Shown here: positions 40,966-52,769 of the stretch, piece after piece
Layout: every line of letters begins with the position of its first letter
Numbering within the stretch: the stretch's first letter is position 1
Source of the DNA: a virus
Reading direction: 5' to 3' (one strand)
IMG/VR virus record: IMGVR_UViG_3300044635_002180
Coordinates: 32,001 to 96,000 of that record
DNA length: 64,000 nt
Made by a program: the position numbers and the translations under genes
The notes under the pieces: generated by a model
What the model saw: only the letters and a program-made list of their open reading frames with translations
What the model was told of the DNA's origin: nothing
Databases searched by the model: none

Positions 40966-43935
40966 ATGGCAAGCAATGTTTTTAGTGTTGGTACCACCAA
41001 TGTACGTTTTTCAATAACAAATTCAAATGTGGATCTGACTGATTCACAAGATAATTTCCAGCCATTTTCATTTTTTGAGTATTTAAAAAATACTCAACAG
41101 CTCAACACACCAGAGCTGTTTACGCAAGGGTACAATGACTATTTGCATGTTTGGTATTCAACTAAGAATGTGGAACAAACAGTGCAGCGTGATGAAATTC
41201 GTCAACGCTACATTGATTTGCTCAAAGACATTGCGTACAACTACACCACATCAGAAGAAAAGCGATTTTTGGCCAACTTGGATTATGATGATGCATCAGA
41301 TTTATCCATAGCAATTCCTTTTTACGCTCAGAAACTCAAAGAAATTTGCTTGTTTTATGCTAACAAGCGTGAGGCATTCAAATTCAGAATTGAAGAAGTA
41401 AAGATCAAAGGATCACCTCTTTCCATTGAAAAAGCTATTTTCAAGAGCATCATTGATTATCTCTCAACAGATGATGCAATTGCAGCAGCCACAGTAACTG
41501 CTGTAGCAAGAGATCTGCAGATCAACATTACAGAATATGTTGATGTATACAGTTCTTATTTCGATTTAGATCCAGATGCAACAGCAAGTGATCTGCAAAT
41601 CACAAATGAGCTGCGCGCCAAATATCTAACAAGCAACACCAATGCTATATCTGCAAGTTTATTTTTAAATTTGCGAGATACAATAGCAAATGAAGTGCTT
41701 AGTACACCCATTTATTTGAAAGAAATTGGACAGGGGTTGCTGATAAATCCACAACTTCTTATTCAACAAGCATTGAAGCAGACAGCATGCGAACAGATAT
41801 TAGCACAATTGCTCAATACTTCTGTGGATGCATTATCTGGTTTATATAATCTCAAGCGAAAGCTCATAGAAAAGTACATTGGAACAGATTTTTATTATCT
41901 GTCAACCAATTCACTCACAAATTTTGTTTCAGGTGAGTTATTCAAAGCTGCCAATGCAAGTGGAAATTTAATAAACAAGCGCTTTGCAACCACTGCTTCT
42001 GTTGCTGAAGATGATTTGATATCATTGCAGCAACTAGGCTTGTTTTTCAAGCCTGACAAAATGGGTGTTGTGCAGTTTGCAGCTCCAAGCAAGCGATTCT
42101 ATGTAGATGCAACTAAACTTGAGTCAAATAAAATTTATATTTTTCCAGATCCACAAGTGTATGGCAATGTGGATAATTTTCTTTACAGCAATTTGGATTA
42201 TCCACTGTTGTATGTAATTGATAATTCTACAAATGTCAAAGGTTTGGATCAAGGAGTTGCTCAAGGCAAAATTAAAAGTAGTGAATATTTGCAGAACTTT
42301 TATGCATACTTTTCTGAACCAGTTTACATCAATTCCAGCAACATAAATGTTTCATCATTTGATGCAAACATGTTGAGAGTTTTCAACCAGGGTTCGTTTG
42401 CTTCATATGCACAGGATGTATATGGCAATGAATATGGTGTTATAAAGAAAGTAGATAGATACAATGAGCAACAGACAGATGAAGCAAATGCTTTGGGTCA
42501 ATGCATAACAATTGATGGCTATGCATTTTATGATGATGAAGTGGGATATGCATTCAATTATGCACTCACTGGCACAAACTTTGATGGATCCATACGCACT
42601 GGATTGACAGCACAAACAGTTAATGGATTCCCACCAGCAGGAGGCAGCTTTTCAACAGGATATACTGCGCCAAGTGCAGGTATGTTCTATTTGTCAGGCA
42701 ACAAATATACATTATATTTTAGAGAATTTTCACCATTCATTGATTGCAACACAACAGACAACATCACTTGTGCAGTAAGAGATGGTGGCTTCTTTGCACC
42801 ATCAGATGATGAAACATATCCAGATGTTTCATCCGATTCAATTGCATGGAGCACCAACTCGCGTGTTTATTATTCTACATTGTGTGATGCTGGCATTAGT
42901 GCAACCAATTCAATGACACCTGGTCTAACTTCTGCAACATTTACTGCAACCATCAGTGCACCAGCATTATTGAGCCCGCTTTATGAATCTTTTGATTGCA
43001 GATTATTCCCCAATAATGCATGTGAATTAAATCCAGATTACAATTATGCTGGATATACTATTTCGTATTTTAATGATGTCAATCCAGAATGCATTTCACA
43101 GTTGCAAGCAGGGCAGCAGCTTGGTGATGAAACACTTAATGACATTAGCAGCATGGCCGGTGTTTTGCTGGTAAAAAATATTGCAACAAATCAAATGTAT
43201 CCATTGTCATCTGCATTGTCAGCGACATTTTCAAAATACAATGATGCAGTAAAACAGGAATTATACAACAACAAGGTTCAACACATAAACATTTATTATG
43301 ATTCCATTGTAGTAAGAACCGATAATTATTTAATTTTTGATAAAATTAAAGTTGCCAATGATGGTACTTTTGAAAAACCAGGCACAGCAAACAATTACAT
43401 TGCCATTGGCATGGATGAATATTCATCACTGTCAAATACATTTTATCTTGAAAAAACAAATGAAACGTGGGTATGCAAAACTACACTATTGAATGTTGCA
43501 TCTGGTGGCAATGAAAAAATCATCTACCCACAAATTTACAAATACTCTGTGGATGATAATAAACTGCAAAGAAAATATCCAGGATTGTTTGTCACAAACC
43601 AAACATTGAGTGGTTTGTTTGCAAATGCTCTTTCATCAATCAACATTATAAAATCAATGGATGCAACATTAACATATGCTGCATTCAATGACAAGTTTAA
43701 TTTGACATGGACTGTTGTTGATTTGAATGGCTTGAGCTATTTGTTTAGTGCATGGTTCAACTATAAAGATGATGCAATTATTTTTGACGCAGATCAAATA
43801 GCAGTCTACAAAACATCTACACAAGCCAATACACTAAATTTCTACTACAATATAAATGAGCTTACCAACGTTGATGTAGCTTCAGCTGCCAATGCATCTT
43901 TTGCATCACAAAACAACATACTATATTTCAACTAA
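40966..43935 (+). CDS. large virion structural protein (baseplate/fibre cluster)
   Basis: 989 aa; late motif upstream; starts a run of structural genes. Confidence 0.6.
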   Translation: MASNVFSVGTTNVRFSITNSNVDLTDSQDNFQPFSFFEYLKNTQQLNTPELFTQGYNDYLHVWYSTKNVEQTVQRDEIRQRYIDLLKDIAYNYTTSEEKRFLANLDYDDASDLSIAIPFYAQKLKEICLFYANKREAFKFRIEEVKIKGSPLSIEKAIFKSIIDYLSTDDAIAAATVTAVARDLQINITEYVDVYSSYFDLDPDATASDLQITNELRAKYLTSNTNAISASLFLNLRDTIANEVLSTPIYLKEIGQGLLINPQLLIQQALKQTACEQILAQLLNTSVDALSGLYNLKRKLIEKYIGTDFYYLSTNSLTNFVSGELFKAANASGNLINKRFATTASVAEDDLISLQQLGLFFKPDKMGVVQFAAPSKRFYVDATKLESNKIYIFPDPQVYGNVDNFLYSNLDYPLLYVIDNSTNVKGLDQGVAQGKIKSSEYLQNFYAYFSEPVYINSSNINVSSFDANMLRVFNQGSFASYAQDVYGNEYGVIKKVDRYNEQQTDEANALGQCITIDGYAFYDDEVGYAFNYALTGTNFDGSIRTGLTAQTVNGFPPAGGSFSTGYTAPSAGMFYLSGNKYTLYFREFSPFIDCNTTDNITCAVRDGGFFAPSDDETYPDVSSDSIAWSTNSRVYYSTLCDAGISATNSMTPGLTSATFTATISAPALLSPLYESFDCRLFPNNACELNPDYNYAGYTISYFNDVNPECISQLQAGQQLGDETLNDISSMAGVLLVKNIATNQMYPLSSALSATFSKYNDAVKQELYNNKVQHINIYYDSIVVRTDNYLIFDKIKVANDGTFEKPGTANNYIAIGMDEYSSLSNTFYLEKTNETWVCKTTLLNVASGGNEKIIYPQIYKYSVDDNKLQRKYPGLFVTNQTLSGLFANALSSINIIKSMDATLTYAAFNDKFNLTWTVVDLNGLSYLFSAWFNYKDDAIIFDADQIAVYKTSTQANTLNFYYNINELTNVDVASAANASFASQNNILYFN

Positions 43936-44585
43936 TGAGCACAACAACAGTTTATTTAACAGGCAACGCATTATCTGCAGATTATGTTAATTTTTATGGC
44001 CCCTTTTTAATCAAGGGCACTTCAACTGTAGGTTTTAATTTGTATGGCATCAATGAAGAAACAAATCCAGTTGCAAACATTCATGGTTATTTTGGGGATG
44101 GTGCAGAGTATAAAGATGTTTTAAACTTGCACATTGATTTATCTTCTTTGGATACCATTGAGATTGCTGAATCTGGAAAAATTCGCTGCATCGCACAAAA
44201 TTTTGAGCACACTTATGAAAAAAATCAAACCACTTTTGTGGATTATTTGACTGCTTCATTTGTTCTCACATACACCTCTCAGCGACGCGGCATACACAAT
44301 GTTAAACTAATTCATGTAAAAAATTCATATTATGATGACGTTAAACAGATACATTTAAATGCAACGCAAATGCTGCCTATTTCTTCAAATGATTTGGTAG
44401 CTGTTGCTTCAGATGATTCTGGCAATGTGTTTCACATGTACATCAGTAGAACACAGCTGGAATCAGCTGATGTTACACTAACTACTCCTACAACAGGCGT
44501 ATTCTTAGGCCCACGCACCATAAAAAACTGCTATATACTTCAAGCACAGCAAGGTGGTGTTATTGTTCCTTTACTGTCTGCATAA
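43935..44585 (+). CDS. structural protein with PKD-like motif
   Basis: YFGDG...FEHTY; coupled to the upstream gene. Confidence 0.5.
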   Translation: MSTTTVYLTGNALSADYVNFYGPFLIKGTSTVGFNLYGINEETNPVANIHGYFGDGAEYKDVLNLHIDLSSLDTIEIAESGKIRCIAQNFEHTYEKNQTTFVDYLTASFVLTYTSQRRGIHNVKLIHVKNSYYDDVKQIHLNATQMLPISSNDLVAVASDDSGNVFHMYISRTQLESADVTLTTPTTGVFLGPRTIKNCYILQAQQGGVIVPLLSA

Positions 44586-44594
44586 ATAACACAT

Positions 44595-45935
44595 ATGCCT
44601 GATATTAAATTATCCATTGATGATCTCCCACCAGCAACAACTGTATACAATGCAGATGTTTTTGTCATTGATCAGTTGGGAAGCGATGGGTATTCAAAAA
44701 AGCTTACCTATCAAATTTTAAAGAATACTTTGGCAACTGATGCATTTGTATTGCGTGCTGGTGATACAATGACAGGTGCATTAATTTTAAATACAAGTAC
44801 ACCATCTTTGTCACTTCAAGCTGCTCCAAAAGCATATGTTGATACATTCTTGTCAAAAGCTGGTGGCACAATGACGGGTAATTTAATTCTTAATACAAAT
44901 GCACCAACAAATGCTCTTCAAGCAACTTCTAGAGCATATGTACAGAATAATTTCCTGCCCATTAGCGGCATAGGCACTGGTGAGCAAAACACTGGCATGA
45001 CAGGTTTCTTGACTCTCTGTGCTCATCCAATTAGTGCGTTTCATGCTGCAACTAAATTTTATGTAGATACTCTCAACCGTCCTGGTGATGGCTCCCCAGT
45101 TGGCAGCATTGTTTATTTTGCTGCAAGTGCAGCACCAGTAGGCTGGTTTGAATGCAATGGTGCAGTGTTGAATAAAACAATTTATGTTGATTTATTCAAT
45201 GTAATTGGTTATTCCTTTGGTGGCTCTGGCAACCAATTCTTATTGCCTGATTTGCGTGGTGAATTTCTTCGTGGCTGGGACAATGGTAGAGGCGTTGATT
45301 CTGGTCGTGCATTTGGCAATGCACAAACTGATGCTATGAGGCGGTTGGTTGGTGAAGCGCCAATGTTTGCAGTTGGTGGATATGGTAATGGCAGTGGAGT
45401 ATTTTCACAGTTGCCACAAAATGCACTAGGCAATGGCACATTCCCAGCTCAATATCCAAATTATGGTGTGAGGTTTGACTCACAAGCAGCACTGCCAAAT
45501 AATACAGCTAGTGAATTTAGACCGCGCAACGTTGCATTCTTGCCTTGCATAAAATATGCAACTGATGCAGCAGTAAATTACCTTGGATTGAGTGCACAAT
45601 CGCTCTTGAATTATATCAATAGCTTGGATGATGGTTTTGCTAAAGCATGGGTAACCTTTAGCGGGCAGACAGGAACAGCAGTAGTGTCAGCATCATATAA
45701 TGTATCTACTGTTGCTAGAATAAGTGCAGGTGATTATCAAATTAACTTTACTACAAACATGGCTAATTCTGTTTATGGTATTTTTATCAATGATAATTAT
45801 GAAGGCATAGGTGCGGTAAATAGATTTGTTGTATCACAGGCTGTAACTGGTGCGCGTATTAAGTTTAAAGACACTGGTGTGGGGGGCAATGTTTATGACC
45901 CAGTTCTTGCATATATAAATATTTTTGGTAATTAA
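44595..45935 (+). CDS. tail fibre protein with tail-collar domain
   Basis: GDTMTG / AATKFYVD repeats; PVGSIVYF...GWFECNG...LPDLRGEFLRGWDNGRGVD; RPRNVA. Confidence 0.88.
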   Translation: MPDIKLSIDDLPPATTVYNADVFVIDQLGSDGYSKKLTYQILKNTLATDAFVLRAGDTMTGALILNTSTPSLSLQAAPKAYVDTFLSKAGGTMTGNLILNTNAPTNALQATSRAYVQNNFLPISGIGTGEQNTGMTGFLTLCAHPISAFHAATKFYVDTLNRPGDGSPVGSIVYFAASAAPVGWFECNGAVLNKTIYVDLFNVIGYSFGGSGNQFLLPDLRGEFLRGWDNGRGVDSGRAFGNAQTDAMRRLVGEAPMFAVGGYGNGSGVFSQLPQNALGNGTFPAQYPNYGVRFDSQAALPNNTASEFRPRNVAFLPCIKYATDAAVNYLGLSAQSLLNYINSLDDGFAKAWVTFSGQTGTAVVSASYNVSTVARISAGDYQINFTTNMANSVYGIFINDNYEGIGAVNRFVVSQAVTGARIKFKDTGVGGNVYDPVLAYINIFGN

Positions 45936-45994
45936 CCTGCAACTCTTGTTGCAGTTGATGATGCAGTTGCATTGAATGATGCTTAAATATAAGC

Positions 45995-48900
45995 ATGCAG
46001 GTTTATAATTTTGCAACACATACTCGCAGCTTGAGCTGCACATACCAAACTGATGTAAATTTTTCCCTCAAAGGCAGCAAAAATACAAATCAGCAAGGCA
46101 TCAACATCTTTCAACATGACGCATTAAAAAACGCAAGAGATGCTCGCATCAACAATTATAGCTCTCTAGTTTTAAGCAATGATGTGCTTGCATCAGATTC
46201 ATTTGAATTGCAATCCATTGAAACGCCAGTAAAGCGCATTTTATCAACATATTTGGCTGTTTCCATCACCAATGAATTGAATGAAAAGACACGCTATTTG
46301 TATTTCAACAATGAAAGAGAAACAACTTCTGACAAGTTTAATGAATATACCTCTCATCAAATGCTGCCGCTGGCAGACATAGTTGAAGAATCACAGCGCT
46401 TTTTCAATGTTGAGCTCATTGATGATCAATTTGCTCGCATCAATTACAAATACGATAACAGAAATTATTATTTAGCATCAAATGCAAATCATGATTTATT
46501 GTTTGCAAGCAATGCATTGTACAAAGATTTTGCAAATTTAAATTTTAACTTTGTTGATGAAACAACATTCTTTTATGTGCTAGATGAGCCTTCAAATACA
46601 TTGTTTTTGCTCAAGCCTTTGCCGAACAATGTAACAAATGGCTTGGGATTATCTGCTGCTGATTCAACTAAATTACAGCTTTTGAGTGCAGTAAATTCTG
46701 CCAATTATTATGCATTCAATACTTTTAATTTTAAAATTAGAGACAACATTGACTTGATTGCAAAGAAACTCAACACATCACAAGCAACATATAATGTTGA
46801 AAACATTGATGACTTGGATGTATTGGATACAACACAAGACTTAACCAACAATATTCTCTTTGCATCACAATATAATGCTGCATCAACAAGAGACATTCCT
46901 ACAAAACCGCTGATATTAAAAAATCAACATTCATTGATGTCTCATGTTGATGAGTGCAGTTACACAAACCTACTAAATGGATTGCCTGGACCACAATTGC
47001 GGGATTATACAACCATCATCACCGGCAATGAGCAAGAAAAAGGCAATGATTCAATTGCCATCAATTATGTAGTATATGCTAATGATTATGTGGCAAAACC
47101 AGATGCATATACAATATTCAAAACCTCAAGTGATTTGTACCCATATCATCAGCTCAACATCAATGACTCAACACTGGTGAGAGATGGATCTCTGGGCGGT
47201 AATAATCCGTATACATCTGATCAACTGTTTATGCAGAAAAATACTGCGCAAGGAATGGATGGTCAATATCTATGCACGTGGCTTTCTGGCAGCAATTGGG
47301 TTGATAGGTACTACAACAACAATAAAATGTCTCCCATGGATGCAGCAAAAGCAGTCAATGCTGTATATGGTACATATGAGAGTTATGTTGAGCAATTGCT
47401 TGAATCAAATGATGTAAACTATGACTTTTTTGATAAAAAAAGTGATTTTGTATTTGAGCCCAACAAAGAGTATTTTTATTATAGAATGGGCAGCAAAAGA
47501 GTTGATGAACAAATCAACAACTACAGCAATCACTTGCTTCTTAGTTCATTGCAGTGGAAGACAAGCAACAATCAAAATATTGCAGCATCTAATGATTACA
47601 AATGTGATGGCAATTCATTTGCGGTCTTTAAACAGTATGAAACTATAAATGATGCAAGTCAAATGACCATTTCATTCTGGCTTGACAGTCTTGATTGGTC
47701 TAAAATTAATGCTCATGAAATAGTTGGCAATGTTACAAATGCTGGATTTGGCATCATCAAAGATCCACTTGTGACACCCCTCATCATGGTGCAGAGCTCA
47801 TCAGCAATTCATATTCTCAACAGCGATTTTGTTGAAATAACAAAAACAGCTGTTTCTGGTGCTTCTTTTTTAACAAGATCTGATGCATTGGATGCTTTTC
47901 AAGGCATTTCAAACAATGGAACAGTTTATAAGCTTCAAGCAGATGGTACTTTGTATGATAAAAAGAATTTTAATGAAAGCATCATTGCAACTACATACGC
48001 AAATGATGTAATTTATAAATTGCATGGCAATGGCTATGATGTAAGTGCATTTAATACCATTACAGAGCAGACATCCACATATACTGTTGATTTTAACTCA
48101 CAAAGCATACTATACGTTGATGGTGCTTTGCGCGGCTTTGCTGGAACTAAGACTCTTGCATATGATGATAATGCAGTTATGTTTTTATACAATCAAAATC
48201 AGTTGGTGTATAAAAATTATGCAACAAATGATCAATATGTAGCATTTAAAACGCTGTCTTCATCCACTGATGTTGGCTTCATTGCTGACTTTGCTTTAGA
48301 TGATGAAAGAAATCTATATGTGCTGCACAACAATTACAAAATATCTAAATTTGATGCTGATCGCGTGCTGCAATACACAATTTCTATGCAAAGCTTGCTA
48401 TCCAGTGCAAGTGCCACAAACATTGCAATTGATTTGTGCTATGAGTATAAAGATGATGTTAAAAATAAAAGTCTCATTGTTGTGGCCAATGATTCAAAAC
48501 AAAAATTATCATTTGCAAAAATAGCAACTACTGGTGCAATTCAAACATTTGTACAAACAAACATAACAAAGTCTGCAGCTGGTGTTTTCAACCTCACCAA
48601 TGCACAATATTTGCAACAGATTTATGCTGATAGAAGAGATGCTTTTGATTTTGTATTAAAATTGCCAAATTATTACAATAGCCACGATTTTACATCAGTA
48701 AAATATACTTTCAATGCTTCTGATTTTAACTCTGGAATGCATCATTTTGCACTTAGAATTGATGCAAAGCAGGGAAATGCATCTTTCTTTGTGGATGGCA
48801 TCTTAAAACAAAATGTTTATATTCAAGCTGCTAAATTTATGCATTTGCCCTTGCTGCAAAGCAGCATTTGCTTTGGTGCAACACATTTTAGCAACGGCAA

Positions 48901-49273
48901 TACTCTTGCAAACTTCTTGCAGCAGCAAAGAGTCTATTTTGCAAGCAATGTCACAATAAGTTATCCGCGAATTTATAGTGCAGCATTGCAAGATAATGAT
49001 ATTAAATTGCTTTGCATGCAAAAAACCAAAGTACAAGATTTAAATTTTCACTTGCCTTGTGGACAACGCAATAATTTAGATAAAATTAAGCAGATGTTTG
49101 CATGGGGAACACCTGGCTTCAAGAGCAGCAACATAAAAATAACTGTCAAAAACAGCAGCATAACATCTGATGCTACTAAACAAGCATTAAAAACTCAAAT
49201 TTTGCAGGAAATTACTGATGTGCTGCCCATCAATACAAATGTAATTGATATTGAATTTGCAGAATTTGATTAA
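45995..49273 (+). CDS. large structural protein with LamG/ConA-like and beta-propeller-like regions
   Basis: MTISFW...HHFALR...FFVDG...RIYSAAL LamG-like elements. Confidence 0.6.
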   Translation: MQVYNFATHTRSLSCTYQTDVNFSLKGSKNTNQQGINIFQHDALKNARDARINNYSSLVLSNDVLASDSFELQSIETPVKRILSTYLAVSITNELNEKTRYLYFNNERETTSDKFNEYTSHQMLPLADIVEESQRFFNVELIDDQFARINYKYDNRNYYLASNANHDLLFASNALYKDFANLNFNFVDETTFFYVLDEPSNTLFLLKPLPNNVTNGLGLSAADSTKLQLLSAVNSANYYAFNTFNFKIRDNIDLIAKKLNTSQATYNVENIDDLDVLDTTQDLTNNILFASQYNAASTRDIPTKPLILKNQHSLMSHVDECSYTNLLNGLPGPQLRDYTTIITGNEQEKGNDSIAINYVVYANDYVAKPDAYTIFKTSSDLYPYHQLNINDSTLVRDGSLGGNNPYTSDQLFMQKNTAQGMDGQYLCTWLSGSNWVDRYYNNNKMSPMDAAKAVNAVYGTYESYVEQLLESNDVNYDFFDKKSDFVFEPNKEYFYYRMGSKRVDEQINNYSNHLLLSSLQWKTSNNQNIAASNDYKCDGNSFAVFKQYETINDASQMTISFWLDSLDWSKINAHEIVGNVTNAGFGIIKDPLVTPLIMVQSSSAIHILNSDFVEITKTAVSGASFLTRSDALDAFQGISNNGTVYKLQADGTLYDKKNFNESIIATTYANDVIYKLHGNGYDVSAFNTITEQTSTYTVDFNSQSILYVDGALRGFAGTKTLAYDDNAVMFLYNQNQLVYKNYATNDQYVAFKTLSSSTDVGFIADFALDDERNLYVLHNNYKISKFDADRVLQYTISMQSLLSSASATNIAIDLCYEYKDDVKNKSLIVVANDSKQKLSFAKIATTGAIQTFVQTNITKSAAGVFNLTNAQYLQQIYADRRDAFDFVLKLPNYYNSHDFTSVKYTFNASDFNSGMHHFALRIDAKQGNASFFVDGILKQNVYIQAAKFMHLPLLQSSICFGATHFSNGNTLANFLQQQRVYFASNVTISYPRIYSAALQDNDIKLLCMQKTKVQDLNFHLPCGQRNNLDKIKQMFAWGTPGFKSSNIKITVKNSSITSDATKQALKTQILQEITDVLPINTNVIDIEFAEFD

Positions 49274-49281
49274 ATAGTTGA

Positions 49282-51171
49282 GTGATAAATTATTCAAAAA
49301 CAAAGGTAGGTTTTACTAATGGTGCAGATTTTGTACTTTCAGCAAATAGCTATGTTGGTTATTATCATGTAATTGATGGTAGTGCTTATCAAGGTGCTAA
49401 TATTTTAGATATTAGTCTGCCGCTTGAGGCTAAAAATAATATTTCAGCAGATGCTTTGCTATCTGAATTTTTGTATGATAGAATAATTGATGATGCTGTC
49501 TCTCTGCCATATTCATTGAATGATATACTTGTAGCACCCAATGAAACCTGCAATGCTCGTGTGTTCAATGATAGGCTTGAAAAACTCTACACCAATGCAA
49601 TTTACCTGTATAACAATTTATTTTTAGCTAGCAACAATATACCCAATGGGTATGACAGAGCTGCAGGAGTTTCCAAAGCAACTAATACTTTGTCATGGTC
49701 TCAAGAAAGTGCACAATCTGGTGCTTCTTTTGCTCCATTTGCATCAGCAGGATATGCAGTTGTAGATGATGCAATACAATTTACTACAGTAAAAACATAC
49801 AACAACGATTATGTATTTTTTGGTATAACACCTACGCACTTTGTTGCTCTTTCATCAAACAAAGAGTTGACAGCATTTGATGTTGCAACAACCAATGAGT
49901 ATGTTGCAGAAAATAATGATTTGAAATTTACACAGCTTGCAAGCTTTAGTGTGGCAGGCAAATATGCGTTTTTATGTGATGCTGCGCAAAATACAATTTA
50001 TAAATATGATGTTTCTGGTTATTTTTCAGGAGATGCAACCATCTACAATCGTCGCATTTTAATAGACAGCATTGGTGGATTTGGCAGTGCATTATCAAAG
50101 ACCAAATTTGATTCACCAAACATTGTATTTGCTGTTGAACCTTTGAATCGCTTGTATGTAAATGATAGCAACAACCGATGCATAAAAATATTTGATACTA
50201 GCTTTTCATATGTTGCAACAAAAACTTTTGCAGCAGGTTCTAATACTATTGTAAAGTGCTTTGGATATAATCCTATTTTGCAACGCATTTACTATGTAAC
50301 AAAAAATGCTGTTACGCAGGAACATACTATACAAATATGTGATGCTGATTTAAATGCAGAAGAGACTTATGACTTGCCAGATGCATTGGAGCAAAATGAA
50401 GACTATGCTGGTTTTGTTTTTTCAAAGAATGATTCTAATATTTTTTACTTGTTCACCAATCAAAATGTGTTTAAGAAATTTGTTAATAAGCCAAATAAAA
50501 CCATAGGCAAATGGCTGCTATACAAAAGTGGAATAACAGCAACACACATTTGGAATCTAGAGAATTCATTGTATAATTTGGCACAATGGAATTGGAATGA
50601 AGGTGAAATATCAATAAGAACAGCTCTCAGCATTAACGGCATGTCTTCTTTCTTTATTTCTGACATTGATGAAAGAGAAGAAATATTTTTGTTTGTAGGC
50701 GCCAACGACAAATCCTTTAACAGAATATTGCATTATACAGAAACAAATATTTTCAATACTGCATTGGGTGCTACTGTAATTAATGCTTACAACATCTCTC
50801 AAGCCACAGTGGATGATAATGAATTTGTAAATGCCATGGTCATAAACAAAGAGTTGTATAAAATTGCTTATAACATTTTAAACATCATAAGATTCATCAC
50901 AAGCAGATATGCAGCAGAATATGATTTCTTAAATAATCTTGTATTCAAGAATACCATCGCTTTAAGTAATGAGGAATTTGCTTTGATAAATTTTGTTAAT
51001 TTAAAAAATCTATATGTGCATGAAAATGAAATCATGAATAGCATTGGACCAATCAATAGATGCTTCAAAGAGTTGTGCAATTTGCAAAATAACGCATTGC
51101 AAATTGTACGCACACGCATCAATAACTTCGTTTCAACGCTTTCTGGCACACAAACAATTATTTTAAACTAA
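49282..51171 (+). CDS. structural protein with NHL-like beta-propeller
   Basis: KFDSP...LYVNDSNNRCIKIFD NHL-like repeat; TAAATA-N5-GTG. Confidence 0.6.
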   Translation: MINYSKTKVGFTNGADFVLSANSYVGYYHVIDGSAYQGANILDISLPLEAKNNISADALLSEFLYDRIIDDAVSLPYSLNDILVAPNETCNARVFNDRLEKLYTNAIYLYNNLFLASNNIPNGYDRAAGVSKATNTLSWSQESAQSGASFAPFASAGYAVVDDAIQFTTVKTYNNDYVFFGITPTHFVALSSNKELTAFDVATTNEYVAENNDLKFTQLASFSVAGKYAFLCDAAQNTIYKYDVSGYFSGDATIYNRRILIDSIGGFGSALSKTKFDSPNIVFAVEPLNRLYVNDSNNRCIKIFDTSFSYVATKTFAAGSNTIVKCFGYNPILQRIYYVTKNAVTQEHTIQICDADLNAEETYDLPDALEQNEDYAGFVFSKNDSNIFYLFTNQNVFKKFVNKPNKTIGKWLLYKSGITATHIWNLENSLYNLAQWNWNEGEISIRTALSINGMSSFFISDIDEREEIFLFVGANDKSFNRILHYTETNIFNTALGATVINAYNISQATVDDNEFVNAMVINKELYKIAYNILNIIRFITSRYAAEYDFLNNLVFKNTIALSNEEFALINFVNLKNLYVHENEIMNSIGPINRCFKELCNLQNNALQIVRTRINNFVSTLSGTQTIILN

Positions 51172-51192
51172 CTCATGTTATAAATAACTACA

Positions 51193-52764
51193 ATGGCATC
51201 ACAAACACTAACAGACCAAACAGTAGCTTCAACATATCAAGGCGTTTTGCATGCCAATGGAGAAGCATTGCCAGCCGTTTCTACAGCAATAATTTATGAT
51301 GGCAGCGGACAAATTTCTTCTCTGAAATTGGGTGTTTCAGGTCAAGGAGCTGCTGTTGCAGGGGGGTTTTCATGCTCACAACAGCTGACAGCAGGTGAAA
51401 TAAGATATACCACAGTAGATTCTGCATCTGGTGCCAACTTTCCGCTGGTTTCTGATGGAAACAAAACAGCAGTGTTTGGTCAAATGACATCAAATGCTCT
51501 TCTTGATCTCACACCAAGCCCTGCAGGAGAATATGGCAATATTCAATATTTAGCTGTTAACAGCAAGGGCTTAGTGACCAACGTTGTAGGTGGTCCTGCA
51601 ACATCAAATGCTTGGGTTACTTTTGATGGCAAAGATGTATCTTTTACATATCTCATTAACAACTTGACAGTAACATGCACATCCATTGGGCATTCTTTGG
51701 TAACAGGCAATATAATAACTGTAAAAAATGCAACAAACACTAGCCTCAATGGATCTTTTGTTGTTCAGTCTTCTGATATTCTCAATAATACGTTTACATT
51801 TGCTAATCCAACAGGAGCAACTACAGGTTCAGGTTCAGGCATTGTAGATGTAACAATTAAATCCAGCTACAATGTAAGCTCTGTTGTTCGTGAATCTGTA
51901 GGCATATACAAAGTAAATTTTGCTACAGAATTTAAGAACAAAGATTATGTTACGGTGTGTGGTGCAAAATATCCCAACGTTGCACGTACTGATTTGGAAA
52001 ATTTGCAAGCAAATTCTGTGCTTGCACAAAAAGGCTATGTCAAAATAAGAAGCTTTTATATAACCAGTGGCGATCAAGTAATAGAATATGATGATGGTTA
52101 CATCAGTGTTTATTGTTTAGGTAGCACAGTTGAGGATAATTCTCCAACTCCAGTATCTTTTGATAGTTTTATAAACACAAATGCTCATTGGTCTGAAGCA
52201 GCAGCACCTGCTGGCTCCACTATAACAGCAAGCATAACACCCGCTGTTATGTCAACCAACAAATGGAACATGGTCATCATTGGTGCATATGAGTCATTTA
52301 GTTGTGTCTCTGGCTGTCAAGGCATTGAGAGCAGAGTTGTTGTAAACGGTGCAACAACCTCGCAAATGAACCAGGGGTCATGCGGCAACTCTGGTGCTGA
52401 AACAGCTATATATCATGTATTCATTTACACTAACAATGAATTAAAATATGCAAATTTTCATTGGACCAATTCTGGATGGAGCCCATATGTAACCAATGCA
52501 TGGGATAGGCCCAATAAAAATGCTGCTTTGGCTGCTTTCAATGGACTATATTCACAAGGTGCAATTGTTAATAATCAAATTGTCAATGTACAACAGAGTT
52601 CACCAGGAACATGGGTTACAAACTTTTTAAACTCATATGGTAGTGAATTTACAATAATACAATCAGCTGATGTAACATTTTACACTGTTGCTGGAAGAGC
52701 AAATCGATGCAATGGTGGATATGTTGTGTGGCAAAATTATATTAGATACTTTACCCCACAATAA
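51193..52764 (+). CDS. tail fibre-like protein
   Basis: VNSKGLVT motif; AWVTFDG...SYNVSSV...G.YKVNF domain shared with the 44595 C-terminus. Confidence 0.65.
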   Translation: MASQTLTDQTVASTYQGVLHANGEALPAVSTAIIYDGSGQISSLKLGVSGQGAAVAGGFSCSQQLTAGEIRYTTVDSASGANFPLVSDGNKTAVFGQMTSNALLDLTPSPAGEYGNIQYLAVNSKGLVTNVVGGPATSNAWVTFDGKDVSFTYLINNLTVTCTSIGHSLVTGNIITVKNATNTSLNGSFVVQSSDILNNTFTFANPTGATTGSGSGIVDVTIKSSYNVSSVVRESVGIYKVNFATEFKNKDYVTVCGAKYPNVARTDLENLQANSVLAQKGYVKIRSFYITSGDQVIEYDDGYISVYCLGSTVEDNSPTPVSFDSFINTNAHWSEAAAPAGSTITASITPAVMSTNKWNMVIIGAYESFSCVSGCQGIESRVVVNGATTSQMNQGSCGNSGAETAIYHVFIYTNNELKYANFHWTNSGWSPYVTNAWDRPNKNAALAAFNGLYSQGAIVNNQIVNVQQSSPGTWVTNFLNSYGSEFTIIQSADVTFYTVAGRANRCNGGYVVWQNYIRYFTPQ

Positions 52765-52769
52765 TTTTT

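Noticed and set aside
45937-45954. Hairpin CTGCAAC-tctt-GTTGCAG as a terminator
   Set aside because: Short stem with no U-tract; TGCA-rich DNA makes chance hairpins likely
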